A program made the translations under genes and the position numbers. This document shows, one piece after another, positions 28,851-37,776 of a stretch of DNA of 64,000 bases. The notes under the pieces were generated by a model. The model searched no databases, had not been told where the DNA came from, and worked only from the letters and a program-made list of their open reading frames with translations. The stretch spans positions 881 through 64,880 of the forward strand of contig CAZFND010000003.1 in NCBI GenBank assembly GCA_964520645.1, written 5' to 3'. This DNA is from an uncultured Candidatus Saccharibacteria bacterium. GTDB taxonomy: Bacteria; Patescibacteriota; Minisyncoccia; Phycocordibacterales; JAKAEA01. The stretch's first letter is position 1; each line of letters starts with the position of its first letter.

Positions 28851-29861
28851 ATGAAGAAAAAGCTTACGGTAGGAATTCTATTTGGAGGAAAGTCTGCAGA
28901 GCATGAAGTCTCACTTCGTTCAGCAAAAAATGTTGCTGATGCAATGGATAAAAGTAAGTATGAAGTTGTATTTATTTGTATAGATAAATCTGGTGCATGG
29001 CCAAAAGGTTCTATCACCTCATTATTTGATAATGTTTCTACTACCTCTCTTGAACAACAAATAGATGTCGTCTTTCCTATTTTGCATGGACCATTTGGAG
29101 AAGATGGAACTGTTCAGGGCCTACTCAAGCTCGCGAATGTGCCATTTGTTGGTGCTGGAGTACTTGGATCTGCAGTAGGAATGGATAAAGATGTTATGAA
29201 ACGATTGCTGCGAGATGCAGGCATTCCTATATGCAAATTTATATCAGTAAAGAAGCATGAAGTAAGTGCAATTAATTTTAAAAAAGCTAAGAAAGAGTTG
29301 GGACTACCAATGTTTGTAAAGCCAGCAAATCTGGGCTCTTCTGTGGGAGTAAGCAAAGTAAAAAACGAAAAAGAATTCAAAAAAGCGCTCGATGAAGCAT
29401 TCATGTTTGATTCAAAAGTTATCATAGAAGAATTTATAAAAGGAAGGGAAATAGAATGTTCTGTATTAGGAAATGAAACTCCAATTGTTTCTGTGCCAGG
29501 AGAAATTGTCGTGAATGCAGACTTTTATTCTTATGATGCAAAATATATTGATGAAGATGGTGCTACCCTCCAAATTCCCGCAAAGCTTCCCAAAAATGTA
29601 ACTAAAAAAGTGCAAGATATAGCACTTAAAACATTTAAAGTATTAGAGTGTGAAGGAATGGCTCGAGTAGACTTTTTTGTAACAAAAACAGGCAAAGTGC
29701 TCGTAAATGAAATCAATACCATTCCGGGGTTTACAAATATCAGTATGTATCCTAAGCTCTGGGAAGCGAGCGGTATTTCTTATTCAAAATTGATTGATGC
29801 ACTTATACTTCTTGCTATAGAACGGCACAAAACTCAATCAAAACTTAAAACTTCTTACTAA
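28851..29861 (+). CDS. ddl: D-alanine--D-alanine ligase
   Basis: FGGKSAEHEVSL, LHGPFGEDG, GSSVG, NEINTIPGFT; real start at 28851 (ORF-track extension runs through tRNA-Tyr). Confidence 0.97.
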   Translation: MKKKLTVGILFGGKSAEHEVSLRSAKNVADAMDKSKYEVVFICIDKSGAWPKGSITSLFDNVSTTSLEQQIDVVFPILHGPFGEDGTVQGLLKLANVPFVGAGVLGSAVGMDKDVMKRLLRDAGIPICKFISVKKHEVSAINFKKAKKELGLPMFVKPANLGSSVGVSKVKNEKEFKKALDEAFMFDSKVIIEEFIKGREIECSVLGNETPIVSVPGEIVVNADFYSYDAKYIDEDGATLQIPAKLPKNVTKKVQDIALKTFKVLECEGMARVDFFVTKTGKVLVNEINTIPGFTNISMYPKLWEASGISYSKLIDALILLAIERHKTQSKLKTSY

Positions 29862-29882
29862 TTATCTGTTAAGATTATATTC

Positions 29883-31031
29883 ATGAGCTCATCTAGGAAT
29901 ACAAAGGGATTAAGAACTTGGATCGATATAGATACAAAAAAACTGGATAGTAATATCCAGGCTTTTAGGGAGATTATTAAACCTGACGTAAAGCTCATGG
30001 GCGTTGTGAAGTCTAATGCCTATGGTCATGGTCTTGTAGGAATTTCTAAAGCTATAATCGATTCAGGAGTGGATTGGCTTGGTGTAGATTCTATTGTTGA
30101 AGCATTAAAATTGAGAGAAGAGGGAGTTACTAAACCAATACTTGTATTAGGCTATACGCTTCCAGAAATGATCGAACGTGCTGTTGAACATGATATTAGT
30201 ATCGCAGTCTCACATTCGTCTACATTAGACGTTCTAGAAACATCTGAGCTTTCTCAAAAAGTAAAAGTGCATATTAAAGTAGATACGGGTATGTATCGTC
30301 AGGGATTTGGAGAATCTCAAATAAATTCTGTTATTACCTCACTCCAACAACTTGAAAAAGCAGGGAAAATAAAAGTAGAAGGATTATTTACCCATTTTGC
30401 TTCTGCAAAGAATCCAAGTTTCCCTGAATATACAAAAAATCAAATCAAATCTTTTGAAGTGTGGCGTGAAGCTTTTGTTCAAGCAGGATTTTCTGTTATT
30501 GCACATGCATCTGCAACAGCAGGTACTCTTTTATTTCCCGAAGCTCACTACGATATGGTCAGAATTGGCATAGGACTCTATGGACTCTGGCCTTCTAAAG
30601 AATCAGAAGCATTTGCATCAGGAAGAGTTAAGCTGGAGCCAGTAATGACATGGAAGACTCTCATTGCAGAGACTAAACATGTGCCTGCAGGGTCTAAAAT
30701 AGGCTACGATGGCAGTGAGACGCTCACGAGAGATTCTATTATTGCAATTTGCCCTGTGGGCTACTGGCATGGGTTCCCTCGGGCTTTTTCTTCTGTTGGC
30801 CAAGTACTTGTAAATGGCAAACGAGCCAAGATAGTAGGCCGGGTAAGCATGGATATGATCATAATTGATATTACAAACTGTGGGGAAGTAGGTATTGGGG
30901 ATGAAGTAGTGTTATTGGGCAAGCAGGGAAATGCAGAAATATCTGCCGAACAGATGGCATATCTTGCAGATGGTTCATGGTACGAGATCATTACACGAAT
31001 CAACCCCTTAATTCGAAAAAACCATCTATAG
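29883..31031 (+). CDS. alr: Alanine racemase
   Basis: VVKSNAYGHG, KVDTGM.RQG, VRIGIGLYG, GRVSMD. Confidence 0.97.
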   Translation: MSSSRNTKGLRTWIDIDTKKLDSNIQAFREIIKPDVKLMGVVKSNAYGHGLVGISKAIIDSGVDWLGVDSIVEALKLREEGVTKPILVLGYTLPEMIERAVEHDISIAVSHSSTLDVLETSELSQKVKVHIKVDTGMYRQGFGESQINSVITSLQQLEKAGKIKVEGLFTHFASAKNPSFPEYTKNQIKSFEVWREAFVQAGFSVIAHASATAGTLLFPEAHYDMVRIGIGLYGLWPSKESEAFASGRVKLEPVMTWKTLIAETKHVPAGSKIGYDGSETLTRDSIIAICPVGYWHGFPRAFSSVGQVLVNGKRAKIVGRVSMDMIIIDITNCGEVGIGDEVVLLGKQGNAEISAEQMAYLADGSWYEIITRINPLIRKNHL

Positions 31032-31089
31032 CTTGCATTTCGGAGCATTTTATATTATTCTAATGGAACCTAATTTTTAAGACACGACT

Positions 31090-31248
31090 ATGTCACAAGA
31101 TCGATTAATCAAACTTGCCTGCACTAAATGCAAACGCATCAACTACTGGTCAAGTAAAAATAAGAGAAAAGTAGAGCGAAAGATAGAACTTTTGAAGTTT
31201 TGTAAGTGGTGCAAAAAGCAGACTCCACATAAAGAATCAAAGAAATAA
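31090..31248 (+). CDS. rpmG: 50S ribosomal protein L33 (Zn-ribbon form), below ORF-track cutoff
   Basis: MSQDRLIKLACTKCKRINYWSSKNKRKVERKIELLKFCKWCKKQTPHKESKK. Confidence 0.95.
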   Translation: MSQDRLIKLACTKCKRINYWSSKNKRKVERKIELLKFCKWCKKQTPHKESKK

Positions 31249-31249
31249 T

Positions 31250-31284
31250 AAAAAATCCTTTCGCCACCGCGAAGGGATTTTTTA
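31250..31284 (+). terminator. Intrinsic terminator after rpmG
   Basis: AAAATCCTTTCGC-CACC-GCGAAGGGATTTTTT. Confidence 0.8.
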
Positions 31285-31311
31285 TTGAACTTATGTTAGT
31301 ATTTCCAGCAC

Positions 31312-31383
31312 GGGCCTATAGTTTCAATGGTAAAACAACGGTCTCCAAAACTGTAGTTGCAGGTTCGAGTCCTGCTGGGCCCG
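31312..31383 (+). tRNA. tRNA-Trp(CCA)
   Basis: GGGCCTA..ACGGT-CTCCAAA-ACTGT..GGTTCGAGTCC..TGGGCCCG. Confidence 0.96.
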
Positions 31384-31434
31384 CCTTCGGTCGCCGTAGC
31401 TCCCTACGGCGGGCAATGCCCGCGTGGAGCGAAG
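31380..31434. repeat. GC-rich palindromic element (CCCGCCTTCG...CTACGGCGGGCAA type)
   Basis: Hairpin CGCCGTAG-CTCC-CTACGGCG inside CCTTCG..CGAAGG; related sequence inside dnaX at 43395. Confidence 0.55.
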
Positions 31435-31440
31435 GTGATA

Positions 31441-32337
31441 TTATTTGGCAGTAAACCTTATCACTTCTTTCTCAATCTTCTTCAAGTTTGCTGGCTTAGT
31501 AGAGAACCATTTAATTCTTGTGTCTTTCTTAAACCACGTCATTTGGCGCTTTGCATAGTGCCAGATTTCTAGATTAAGCTTCTCTATCATCTCTTGTTTA
31601 GAAATTTTATTTTGCAAATATAAAGCTTGATACTTGTATTCTAATCCTAAAGCTTCCATGCGCTTCCAGCTCAAGCCTTTTTTGTGCAGATTTTGTGCTT
31701 CTGTAATCATCCCTGATTTAATTCTTTTTAATAATCTAGTTTTGATTTTTTCTTTTAATATGTTCTCTTCTGTCTTTAAACCAATTTGCAAAGAAGTATA
31801 GAGTGGCTCTTTTTTAATTTCTGGCACAGTGCCAAGATAAGTGGCAATTTCTATAGCTCGAATAAGACGTACTTTGTTATGCACATCAATAGTTGCAGCT
31901 CTTCTGATATCTAGCTTAGCGAGCTGGTTGAAAAGACTTTCTAAACTCTTTTTTTCTAATCTTTTTCTTAATTTAAGATTAGCAGGAACTTCGGGCAGTA
32001 TTATGTTATCTACTATAGACTGAATATAAAATCCTGTGCCGCCGCAGATAATTGGTAGTTTATTTTTATGTAAAATTTCCTGAATAGCTTTATCTGCTAA
32101 TATTTTGAAATCATGGACTGAAAATACTTTCTTAGGAGATACAACATCAAGAAGATGATGAGGAATACCAGCCATTTCTTTTTTTGTAATTTTTCCAGAG
32201 CCGATATCAAGACCTTTGTAGACTTGTCGTGAATCAGCAGAAATAACCTCACCATTAAATTGTTTGGCAAGTTGCACAGCAAGATCACTTTTGCCCGAAG
32301 CTGTCGGGCCGAGAATAACCAATATTTTTGGGTGCAT
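31441..32337 (-). CDS. miaA: tRNA dimethylallyltransferase
   Basis: ILGPTASGKS, ISADSRQVY, PHHLLD, GGTGFY, YAKRQMTWF. Confidence 0.98.
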   Translation of the reverse strand: MHPKILVILGPTASGKSDLAVQLAKQFNGEVISADSRQVYKGLDIGSGKITKKEMAGIPHHLLDVVSPKKVFSVHDFKILADKAIQEILHKNKLPIICGGTGFYIQSIVDNIILPEVPANLKLRKRLEKKSLESLFNQLAKLDIRRAATIDVHNKVRLIRAIEIATYLGTVPEIKKEPLYTSLQIGLKTEENILKEKIKTRLLKRIKSGMITEAQNLHKKGLSWKRMEALGLEYKYQALYLQNKISKQEMIEKLNLEIWHYAKRQMTWFKKDTRIKWFSTKPANLKKIEKEVIRFTAK

Positions 32338-32384
32338 AAATAGTAAACTACTTGACTTTACTATTTGTTTTGGTATTATGCAAA

Positions 32385-32531
32385 CACATTCGGCGATTTG
32401 CCGCGGCCCCACCCACAAGGTGGGGAATATTATTTATAGAGTTCTTGAAATCTAGTTTTTACTCTCTTAAAATCCTCTTCATCTAAAATCCACCAAAGAT
32501 CTCGCTCACTAACTAAGGGTGGACCTTTTTG
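32385..32531 (+). ncRNA. Candidate small RNA (promoter- and terminator-bounded, no convincing ORF)
   Basis: TTGACT-N16-TATTAT at 32352-32379; two GC hairpins; boxA-like GTTCTTGAAA; TCCACC..GGTGGA-CCTTTTT end. Confidence 0.35.
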
Positions 32532-32640
32532 TATTGTATGTAATTTTTCTTTTAATCTTATCCACTCAAAAAATCTTTTAATCATCCAATAATCATATCT
32601 TTATAGGTATGAATAAAAGATAAAATAAAGTTAAAACGTG

Positions 32641-32722
32641 TGCCGGGAGGGAGAATCGAACTCCCATGGATTACTCCGCACGATTTTGAGTCGTGTGCGT
32701 CTACCAATTCCGCCATCCCGGC
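32641..32722 (-). tRNA. tRNA-Leu(CAA)
   Basis: CACGA-CTCAAAA-TCGTG; AGTTCGATTCT; GCCGGGA/TCCCGGC acceptor stem. Confidence 0.97.
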
Positions 32723-32823
32723 ATTGAAGTCAGTCTACTTAAAATCGCTCTAAAAATCAATTAAACTTTAAATTTGTGAAGTAATGGGTGTGTGCTAAAA
32801 TACATCAATCAAACGATTATTTT

Positions 32824-33819
32824 ATGTCTCAATTTTACAACGATTCAATATTCTGGATAGAAGTAGAGAAGATTAAGCCGAATCCATTTCAGCCTCGAAA
32901 GGAATTTGATCCTATACAACTTCAAGCACTTTCGGATTCTATTAGGCAGTACGGTGTGCTCCAGGCGCTTGTAGTGACCCGTAAAGAGGTAGTGAAGCCT
33001 GATGGTGGCTTAGCTGTCGAATATGAGCTTATTGCAGGTGAACGACGTCTCCGCGCTTCCAAGCTTGCTGGCCTTTCACAAGTTCCATGTCTCATCAAGA
33101 CTGGAGAAGACAATGATCTCATGAAGCTTGAGCTTGCTATTATCGAAAACGTGCAGCGTGAAGATCTCAATCCTGTCGATCGAGCTCGAGCCTTTCAACG
33201 TCTTGTTGCAGAATTTGGATTTAAACATTCACAAATTGGAGAAAAGATAGGCAAGAGTCGTGAATATGTTTCTAACACGCTTCGACTTCTTTCACTTCCT
33301 TCAGATATTCTTGATGCACTTTCTCAAGGAAAAATTTCAGAAGGTCACACACGACCACTCATGATGCTTAATGATAGACCAGAAGAGCAATCAACATTGT
33401 TCAAAGAAATAATGTTTAGAAAGCTCACTGTGCGTGAAGCAGAAGTTATTGCACGCAAGATTGCTGTTGAGAAAGTTCGTAAGAAGGACTTTGGTGCTGA
33501 TCCTGAGGTTCAAGAAATAGAAGAAAAAATGGCACAGTCTCTTGGAACGCGTGTTCATATTGAACGAAAAGAAGTGGGAGGAAAAGTGATGATTGATTTC
33601 TTTTCAAAAGATGATTTGCGAATGATTCTTGATTTACTTGAAAAAAATAGATTAAACGCTGCGCAATCTCAATCACCTGTCGCGACCCAAACAGTAGAAG
33701 AAATAAAAACATTGGCAGCAGCTACACCCCTCGAAGCACCACTTGATGACAGAACAGGGGAACAAGTAAAAGAAGATGATAATGCTGATATTTATTCAGT
33801 AAGTGGATTTTCTATATAA
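32824..33819 (+). CDS. parB: Chromosome partitioning protein ParB/Spo0J
   Basis: PNPFQPRKEF, LIAGERRLRAS, IIENVQREDLNP, HTH GKSREYVSNTLRLL. Confidence 0.96.
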   Translation: MSQFYNDSIFWIEVEKIKPNPFQPRKEFDPIQLQALSDSIRQYGVLQALVVTRKEVVKPDGGLAVEYELIAGERRLRASKLAGLSQVPCLIKTGEDNDLMKLELAIIENVQREDLNPVDRARAFQRLVAEFGFKHSQIGEKIGKSREYVSNTLRLLSLPSDILDALSQGKISEGHTRPLMMLNDRPEEQSTLFKEIMFRKLTVREAEVIARKIAVEKVRKKDFGADPEVQEIEEKMAQSLGTRVHIERKEVGGKVMIDFFSKDDLRMILDLLEKNRLNAAQSQSPVATQTVEEIKTLAAATPLEAPLDDRTGEQVKEDDNADIYSVSGFSI

Positions 33820-33947
33820 ATCCTTTATAGAATCTTTAAGATTATTTTATCACTCATGTTTTAGAATTGACCAGTGCTTGAAAAAGTACTGGTCGATTTC
33901 TATTACCGTGAAATATAAAAATAATTACTAATAACAATTAAATTAAT

Positions 33948-34748
33948 ATGCATAAAAAATATAAATATATATCAGTGAGCGTGATGATCCTGGGTATGAT
34001 TGTCGGGGGTATATGGGGAATGATGCTCACGATAGGACAGCAATCTACTGCTGCACAACCAAAAGAATTTGTAGCTGGATCAGAAACCAATGAACGTATC
34101 GAGCAGCTCAAATCTGAGCTTGAAAAGACAGCTCAATATGAAATGGTGTATGGATGTACAGAAAATGATCAATTAGGACAAAAGGTATTTTGTGGTGCAT
34201 CCAAAACTAAGATTGATAAGCTTGGACAAGAAATACAGAATGAAATACTGAAGCAAACTAAAAGAAGTGACAGAGATATAGCAGAAGTTAAAAGTAAGAT
34301 TAAAAAAATAAGAGAAGATAATAGCTTAACATTTGAATTTCAAGGTAAGTTTACAAATCCATATACAGAAAAGAATAATAAAAAAGTAGAGTACTACAAA
34401 GATAATAAAGGTATAGAATATTCAGTCGATCCAACTACAAATGAAGTAATAGAATTTACAGATGATTCTATTAGAGAAGCAAAAGTCAAAAATATAGATA
34501 TGGCTGGGCTGCGAGCAAAAGCAGAAGCATACTTACAAAAGAATGTTGCAGATTTTGATCGCGTAAAAAAGACATTTACTTTTGAAGGAGGAGGTAAAGG
34601 GGATAGCCAAGGAGATTCTATGATTGCCTTTCGATGGAATGCACCAGAGAAAGTGAATGGTGAAGAAATGGTGCCATTTGTAATGATAAAGCTTTCTCCA
34701 TCGGGGAAGATTATTGGATTTAGTGACACACGAAGTCTTTATAAATAA
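33948..34748 (+). CDS. Membrane-anchored/secreted protein with PepSY/YcdB-like C-terminal motif
   Basis: N-terminal TM, coiled coil, YSVDPTTNEVIEF..AEAYLQKN..FRWN..IKLSPSGKIIGF. Confidence 0.6.
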   Translation: MHKKYKYISVSVMILGMIVGGIWGMMLTIGQQSTAAQPKEFVAGSETNERIEQLKSELEKTAQYEMVYGCTENDQLGQKVFCGASKTKIDKLGQEIQNEILKQTKRSDRDIAEVKSKIKKIREDNSLTFEFQGKFTNPYTEKNNKKVEYYKDNKGIEYSVDPTTNEVIEFTDDSIREAKVKNIDMAGLRAKAEAYLQKNVADFDRVKKTFTFEGGGKGDSQGDSMIAFRWNAPEKVNGEEMVPFVMIKLSPSGKIIGFSDTRSLYK

Positions 34749-34749
34749 T

Positions 34750-35295
34750 ATGAATAAACTTATTATGAAATCATATATTGTAAAAATTGTTCTTGTGGCA
34801 CTTCTCATGATCAGCTTTGCCCATCATGCATCTGCTGCGATCTATTATCAAGCTAATGGAGGATCATATTGGACTCAAAATGGGTCTTCATGGAGCAGAG
34901 TAAATAATGATGGCTACTGTGTCTCAGGGCGAGGTCCGTGCGGCTCAAGTTTGTGGTATCAGCAATGGACATACAATCATGCTGGCTGTGGCTATGATGA
35001 ATCAGGGACATGGAATATGGCAAGTGTAGTACCTTATAGCGGAAAAGTATCAGCATGGATAGATGGTTATATGGGAGGGACAATGCCATCTGCGGATTAT
35101 ACCGTTTCAAACAATTACGGTTCTGCAAATCATGTAGGTATTAATCAGAATAATTATTACGAGCAATTTGTACCACTCGGAACTTTCTTTAGAGTTCAGT
35201 CGGTATCTCTTACTGATAGTTGGGGACCTGGTTATACATGTAATGGAATAGGAGGATATCGAGTAGAGTTTGATGAAATTAAGTTAGAGGTGTAA
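34750..35295 (+). CDS. Secreted Cys/aromatic-rich beta-sandwich protein (golvesin/xanthan-lyase CBD-like)
   Basis: Signal peptide (..HHASA), ADYTV..INQNNYYEQFVPLGTF..VSLTD..VEFDEIKL. Confidence 0.55.
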   Translation: MNKLIMKSYIVKIVLVALLMISFAHHASAAIYYQANGGSYWTQNGSSWSRVNNDGYCVSGRGPCGSSLWYQQWTYNHAGCGYDESGTWNMASVVPYSGKVSAWIDGYMGGTMPSADYTVSNNYGSANHVGINQNNYYEQFVPLGTFFRVQSVSLTDSWGPGYTCNGIGGYRVEFDEIKLEV

Positions 35296-35322
35296 TAACA
35301 TTTCTTACAATAAATTAAGAAA

Positions 35323-35353
35323 AATAAAACCGAGCTTTATAGTTCGGTTTTAT
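35323..35353 (+). terminator. Intrinsic terminator
   Basis: ATAAAACCGAGCT-TTAT-AGTTCGGTTTTAT. Confidence 0.75.
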
Positions 35354-35363
35354 ATATTTAGAT

Positions 35364-35518
35364 AATAAAAAACACCCATGCAACGCGGAAGCGACGACGC
35401 AGTTGCATGGGTGGAGACTCTTGGCGGTGGGCGACTATATTTCCCTGCCAAGAGGTGGATGAAGTCGGTCGATTGAAACGGACACAACCGAGGACCTCAC
35501 ACTCTCTGATGTTCTAAT
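35364..35518 (-). ncRNA. Candidate ~150-nt structured small RNA
   Basis: TTGACT-N16-TATACT (35551-35524); three hairpins, the last a 12-bp stem followed by T6. Confidence 0.5.
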
Positions 35519-35554
35519 AGAAGAGTATACGTATAAATTCTAAAAAGTCAAAAA

Positions 35555-37726
35555 CTAAGCTTTTACGAGTTTGTGAGGATTATGATTTGGGCAGGTTTTG
35601 TTAGAACATCGCTCTGGGATTGTTTTTGTTCCTTCCATCATCATTGATTGGCATAGGATACAAATATTACCAGTAGGTTTACTTTTGAGAATATTTTTAC
35701 ATGCAGGATAATTTGAACAGCCATAGAATACTCCAAATCGTCCACGCTTCTGAGTCATTTCTCCGACATTACATACAGCGCATTTTACTCCCGTTGAGTT
35801 TTGCTTTTCGAGTTCTGGATCTTTTTTAATATGCTTACACTTAGGATAATTTGAACAAGCAATAAAGCGGCCATATCGTCCATCTCGTTCTACGAGCATT
35901 CCGTTTTCACAATCTGGACATTTTTCTCCTGTTTCCTTTGGTCCAGCGAGCTCTTTTCCTTCTTCTGTTCGAGCACCCGTACATTCAGGAAATCGAGAAC
36001 AACTCATAAATTTTCCTGTTCGAGAAATCTTCCATACCATACTACTTCCACAAACAGGGCACTTGAATTCATCCGGTACAGGACCAATATCAGTAATTTT
36101 TTCTGATGTTTTTGATTTTGTTTTTACTTCTTTGAGGAATGGTCCATAGAAGTCTTTGAGAATTTTTACATACTCTTTTTCACCTCGAGCAATATCATCG
36201 AGTTTGTCTTCCATTTCAGCAGTAAAAGAGTCACTAATATAGTCAGCAAAGTTTTTCTCCAGGAATGTACTTACTACCATTCCTGTATCAGTAGGCTTGA
36301 GAGCTTTTTGGATTTTTTCTACATATCCACGATCAACAATAGTCTTAATAATAGACGCGTATGTAGAAGGTCTACCTATGCCACGCTTTTCGAGTTCTTT
36401 AATAAGACCTGCTTCGGAATATCGTGGAGGTGGCTCGGTTTCTTTTTCTTCTGTTTTGATTTCAATAAGTTTTAATTTTTCTCCGACATCTACTTTAGGA
36501 AGTTCAACATCATCTTGTCGAGCCCCTGGATCTGCCTTAATCCATCCATCAAAGAGAATTCGAGATCCATTAATTTCAAAATCAGGAATTTTACCATTAC
36601 CCACTTGTACCGTGAGCTTTGTTCGAAGAGTGTTCGCATCTGCCATTTGTGAGGCAACAGTTCGCTGCCAAATAAGTCGGTACAATTTTTTTTGCTCATC
36701 TGTTGTTCCACCAGAAAGCTTTAAAATATCTGTAGGACGAATAGCTTCGTGTGCTTCCTGAGCATTTTTACTCTTTTTATTGTATGTTCTGAATTCGAGA
36801 TAATTTTTACCGTAATTTTTTTCTACAACTGTTGCAATTTGACCTAGTGCTTGCTTGCTCAATGTTGTACTATCGGTACGCATGTAGGTTATTGCACCTG
36901 ATTCGTAAAGCTTCTGTGCAATACTCATAGTCTTACTTGGCGCAAAGCCAAGACGAGAACTGGCAGATTGTTGCAGTGTAGAGGTAATAAAAGGTGCTTT
37001 TGGTGCACGTTTTACTTCAGTTTCTTTAATCCCTTTTACAATCCAATCTTCTTTTTTACCAATTTCTAAGATTTTTTCTACAAGTTTGAAATCAGTAGGC
37101 TGTTCTGAACAGGTAAGGGTAAGTTTATCTTTTGTCTTGTTTTCTGTATCAGCAGTAATGACCCAAAATTTGTGAGAAATAAATGCTCGAATTTCTCGTT
37201 CGCGTTCAGCAAGAATACGTAGTGCAGGGGATTGTACGCGGCCAGCAGAAAGGCCATAACGAACCTTTTTCCAGATTAAGCCTGAGAGATCGTATCCTAC
37301 CAATCGATCGAGTACGCGACGTGCTTCTTGTGCTTGCTTGAGATTGTCATCAATATCTCGAGGATGAAGAATCGCTTCTTGTACCGCATCTTTGGTAATT
37401 TCATGAAATACAACTCGTTTAGGATTCTTAAGATGAGCTGCTTGGCTAATGTGCCATGCAATAGCTTCACCTTCTCGGTCGGGGTCGGTTGCGAGTAAAA
37501 CCTCATCAGCTTTTTTTGCAAGAGCTTGAATTTCTGCTACCACAGCTTCTTTACCTTTCGAAATTTCGTAAGTAGGAATGAAGCCACCTTCGATGTCGAT
37601 GGCTTTTTTATTACTCTTTGGTAAATCGCGAATGTGACCGACGGATGCTTTGACAGTATATTTACCATCAAGGTATTTAGAAATTGTTTTTGCTTTTGCA
37701 GGTGATTCTACAATAAGTAACTTCAT
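35555..37726 (-). CDS. topA: DNA topoisomerase I with C-terminal Zn ribbons
   Basis: IVESPAKAKTI, ATDPDREGEAI, SAGRVQS, ITYMRTDS, GIGRPSTYA, C4 ribbons. Confidence 0.99.
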   Translation of the reverse strand: MKLLIVESPAKAKTISKYLDGKYTVKASVGHIRDLPKSNKKAIDIEGGFIPTYEISKGKEAVVAEIQALAKKADEVLLATDPDREGEAIAWHISQAAHLKNPKRVVFHEITKDAVQEAILHPRDIDDNLKQAQEARRVLDRLVGYDLSGLIWKKVRYGLSAGRVQSPALRILAEREREIRAFISHKFWVITADTENKTKDKLTLTCSEQPTDFKLVEKILEIGKKEDWIVKGIKETEVKRAPKAPFITSTLQQSASSRLGFAPSKTMSIAQKLYESGAITYMRTDSTTLSKQALGQIATVVEKNYGKNYLEFRTYNKKSKNAQEAHEAIRPTDILKLSGGTTDEQKKLYRLIWQRTVASQMADANTLRTKLTVQVGNGKIPDFEINGSRILFDGWIKADPGARQDDVELPKVDVGEKLKLIEIKTEEKETEPPPRYSEAGLIKELEKRGIGRPSTYASIIKTIVDRGYVEKIQKALKPTDTGMVVSTFLEKNFADYISDSFTAEMEDKLDDIARGEKEYVKILKDFYGPFLKEVKTKSKTSEKITDIGPVPDEFKCPVCGSSMVWKISRTGKFMSCSRFPECTGARTEEGKELAGPKETGEKCPDCENGMLVERDGRYGRFIACSNYPKCKHIKKDPELEKQNSTGVKCAVCNVGEMTQKRGRFGVFYGCSNYPACKNILKSKPTGNICILCQSMMMEGTKTIPERCSNKTCPNHNPHKLVKA

Positions 37727-37776
37727 ATGATTTATCAATTAGTACTATATAAAATTGTTTTACGCAAGTTAACAAC

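Noticed and set aside
32824-33819. parB without parA as a plasmid or prophage marker
   Set aside because: It is a typical chromosomal Spo0J among core genes; no parS palindrome or phage genes seen
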